DNA of 62,540 nt, counting the filler, from Bonamia ostreae (lineage: Eukaryota), in assembly GCA_040357525.1 (NCBI GenBank). It is 13 parts of 13 records of this genome, joined end to end, with 100 filler letters (N's around TTAATTAATTAA, not from the genome) between each part and the next. Parts side by side here need not be neighbours in the genome. Positions count along the whole stretch, not along the records: positions 57,884 to 62,540 come from JBDODL010000281.1; 12 more parts are not named here. The stretch is one strand, 5' to 3'. Every line of letters starts with the position of its first letter. Within the stretch, counting starts at the first letter, position 1. Below are positions 60,528-62,540 of the stretch, piece by piece. A program made the translations under genes and the position numbers. Below the pieces are notes generated by a model. The model had not been told where the DNA came from and searched no databases. It saw only the letters and a list, made by a program, of their open reading frames with translations.

Positions 60528-61673
60528 TTACAAACCCTTGTTGAAATAAAGAGTTTCGACTGGCGAGCCATCACTGAGCTTTAATCCCTTAAAGCAATCC
60601 TCAAGTTCACTTATCTTCGCAGACCCGATTTGCGGGAAGAGGCCAATAGATACCGGAAGAGAGATAAAGGTCGTTGCTGTTATCAAAGCGATGTTGAAGG
60701 GCATCGCCATTCTAGGCATGTTTTTGAACACTAGTTTTCGTTCCATTATCTTAAGTTATTAAGACATTAAAAATTATATTCGCAACAAAATCCGAAAGAG
60801 CTAATTAATGGATGTCAATGGCAACCGATTTGACTAGCGCGGGGAAGAGGATTGTAGGGATCGGGAATATTGCTCTCGACAAAGACACTTGTCGAAGAGC
60901 CTTGTGGGCCGCTTTTTTAGACGACCCGACGACCTCCCCGTCTTTGTTCTTTAGTTCGATTCCTTTGACGGTTTCGTTGTACCGCATGAGGAGAACGTTT
61001 GACACACTCGCCGCGGCGACCGACAGAAAGGGGACTGTTGCCCTCGCTGCTATTCCGGCAATGGGCGAGATTTTCGAGGCGGGCTTGACTAGTTTGCTTA
61101 TCGATACGCTCATTCCGCAACTCACTGTAAGCGCCATCAGATAAGCGGACGCGATTTTCTGCGGCGACATCGGATTTGTTTTGTTGCCGTTGCTGTGGTT
61201 TATTGCCACGTTGTAAGACTGATTGTACCACTGCCAAAACAACTGCGCTTGAATCGTCTTCGCGGAAATCATTCCGAGGATGATCGGGATATTCATCGGC
61301 ACGAAAGCTGCAAACCGGCACGGAAGAGGTATTTTCTCTTTTGTCTGAGGGTGCAAAATCGAATCTTAAATTTTGCATATTTTTATGATCGCGTTGAAGC
61401 GGCGGAAATAGACGAAATTTTTGTCAAAACCAGTTATCTTCTTTGCCTCCCACAATTCGCGATTAACCGCGTCGCTTAATTTCTTTATTTTGCCTGTTTT
61501 ATATTCCTCCAACAAACTGACCGCTCGCTTCAACTTCTTATCAGACGTCATCAACAGCATCGGATTGAAAATCTCGGATATAAAAGTCAAACCTCGAAGA
61601 AATGCCGGACGCGGCCGGCTAAAGTAGACTGATCATATTTATTTTTTTCTAGATTAAATTCTTCGTCTGACAT
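60528..61673 (-). CDS. SFXN: Sideroflexin (mitochondrial inner-membrane carrier)
   Basis: KYDQSTLAGRVRHF, HPQTKEKIPLPCRFAAFVPMN, FWQWYNQSYN, GLFPQ and YFNKGL*. Confidence 0.96.
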
Positions 61674-61802
61674 GAAAACGTATTAGCAAATATTTATTAA
61701 AACCGGTTAGGTTTTGATGGTTTATTTTGAGTGCTATTTAACTCATTTGCTCAAATTATCAACAAAAGTTTGCTCAATTTTAGAAAATTTTTTCTTTAAT
61801 GG

Positions 61803-62060
61803 TTAAAAACGTCTATATAAAAACGACAAATCAAAATCGTTATCGACTAAAAATAATGGATTAAATCCAAAAACGACAAATCTTCGAAAACGAAGGTTAA
61901 AATCGTTATCGACTAAAAATAATGGATTAAATCCAAAAACGACAAATCTTCGAAAACGAAGGTTAAAATCGTTATCGACTAAAAATAATGGATTAAATCC
62001 GAAAACGACAAATCTTCGAAAACGAAGGTTAAAATCGTTATCGACTAAAAATAGCGACAA
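61803..62060. repeat. 63-bp tandem repeat, about 4 copies, intergenic
   Basis: AAAATCGTTATCGACTAAAAAT recurs every 63 bp. The ORF at 61803-62060 is a by-product. Confidence 0.9.
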
Positions 62061-62076
62061 GTAGCCATAAATTTAA

Positions 62077-62540
62077 TCAGGCCGCTTTAGCGTAGCTCAC
62101 GTTCATCAAATGTTTTTCAGTAATGGGGTAGTCTTGCAACTGAGAGAGGGCCACCCCCGCGTGAAAGGAGGTATGGAAGTCGACGAAAGCAATACCCGGT
62201 TTTGACTCGATCATACGCACTTGGCGAAATCCTTGATATCTTATCGATTTTTATTTGAAGATTTAAGAAAAATGCAGTTATGAAACTTCAATCAATTTTG
62301 AAGATTTTTATTTTGAAAAAAAAATTTAAAAAAACTTTCCAAAAAGTGAAATCAGCGTCTGTGCGTTAATTTCTTTCGGCAGATTTTGCAAGAAAAGGAC
62401 GTTGTTTGGTGATTCCGAAACAGCAGGAGCACTGTCCGTCTTTCTTTGGATTTCTCTCTTTTCGGCCAATTTAGATTTTTTGCCTGTTATTATATCCGAA
62501 TCAACTTTGGCGTACGCGACTTTCTTCAAATTAACAAAAT
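62077..62540 (-). CDS. U1A/U2B'' (SNF) spliceosomal protein, C-terminal RRM (5'-partial)
   Basis: YAKVDSDII, PNNVLFLQNLP, GFRQVRM...GIAFVDF and VSYAK. Confidence 0.88.

Noticed and set aside
1-62540. Alternative genetic code or mass pseudogenisation as the cause of the fragmented ORFs
   Set aside because: In-frame stops and frame shifts are resolved by short GT-AG introns, and TAA, TAG and TGA all end conserved genes.

Overview
AT-rich, gene-dense eukaryotic DNA, not prokaryotic. The window is 13 unrelated contigs or scaffolds of about 4.7 kb each. They are joined by an artificial 100-nt linker (N44-TTAATTAATTAA-N44) and the complete ones decrease in length, so gene neighbourhood means nothing across linkers. 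The source looks like a genome-compacted protist parasite; an ascetosporean rhizarian such as Bonamia is my inference from style only. Intergenic spacers are tens to a few hundred bp. Most genes are split by very small GT-AG introns (mostly 19-31 nt, donor usually GTT(T), acceptor TAG/AAG/GAG), which is why the ORF track is fragmented. About 40 protein genes can be rebuilt, including RCL1, a NAA50-like acetyltransferase, INO80, NSUN5, RPL23, TPR, MSH6, SmG, YY1-like, mitochondrial S12, Rab8-like, DPH5, an SR protein, NRDE2, POLA1, UTP14, RFC2, SRPRB, alpha-SNAP, PIG-M, sideroflexin and U1A/U2B''. There is also a clear RNase P RNA gene. Highlights: (1) an unannotated ~183-nt structured ncRNA candidate with the same TATA/oligo-U layout as the RNase P RNA gene and a possible telomerase-RNA-like core; (2) a full-length F1-ATPase beta homologue that has lost Walker A, the catalytic GER motif and Walker B; (3) the tiny-intron splicing system with degenerate donors; (4) an AGCT promoter element and a probable AUU start codon. 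Splice models were built by eye and need RNA-seq confirmation.
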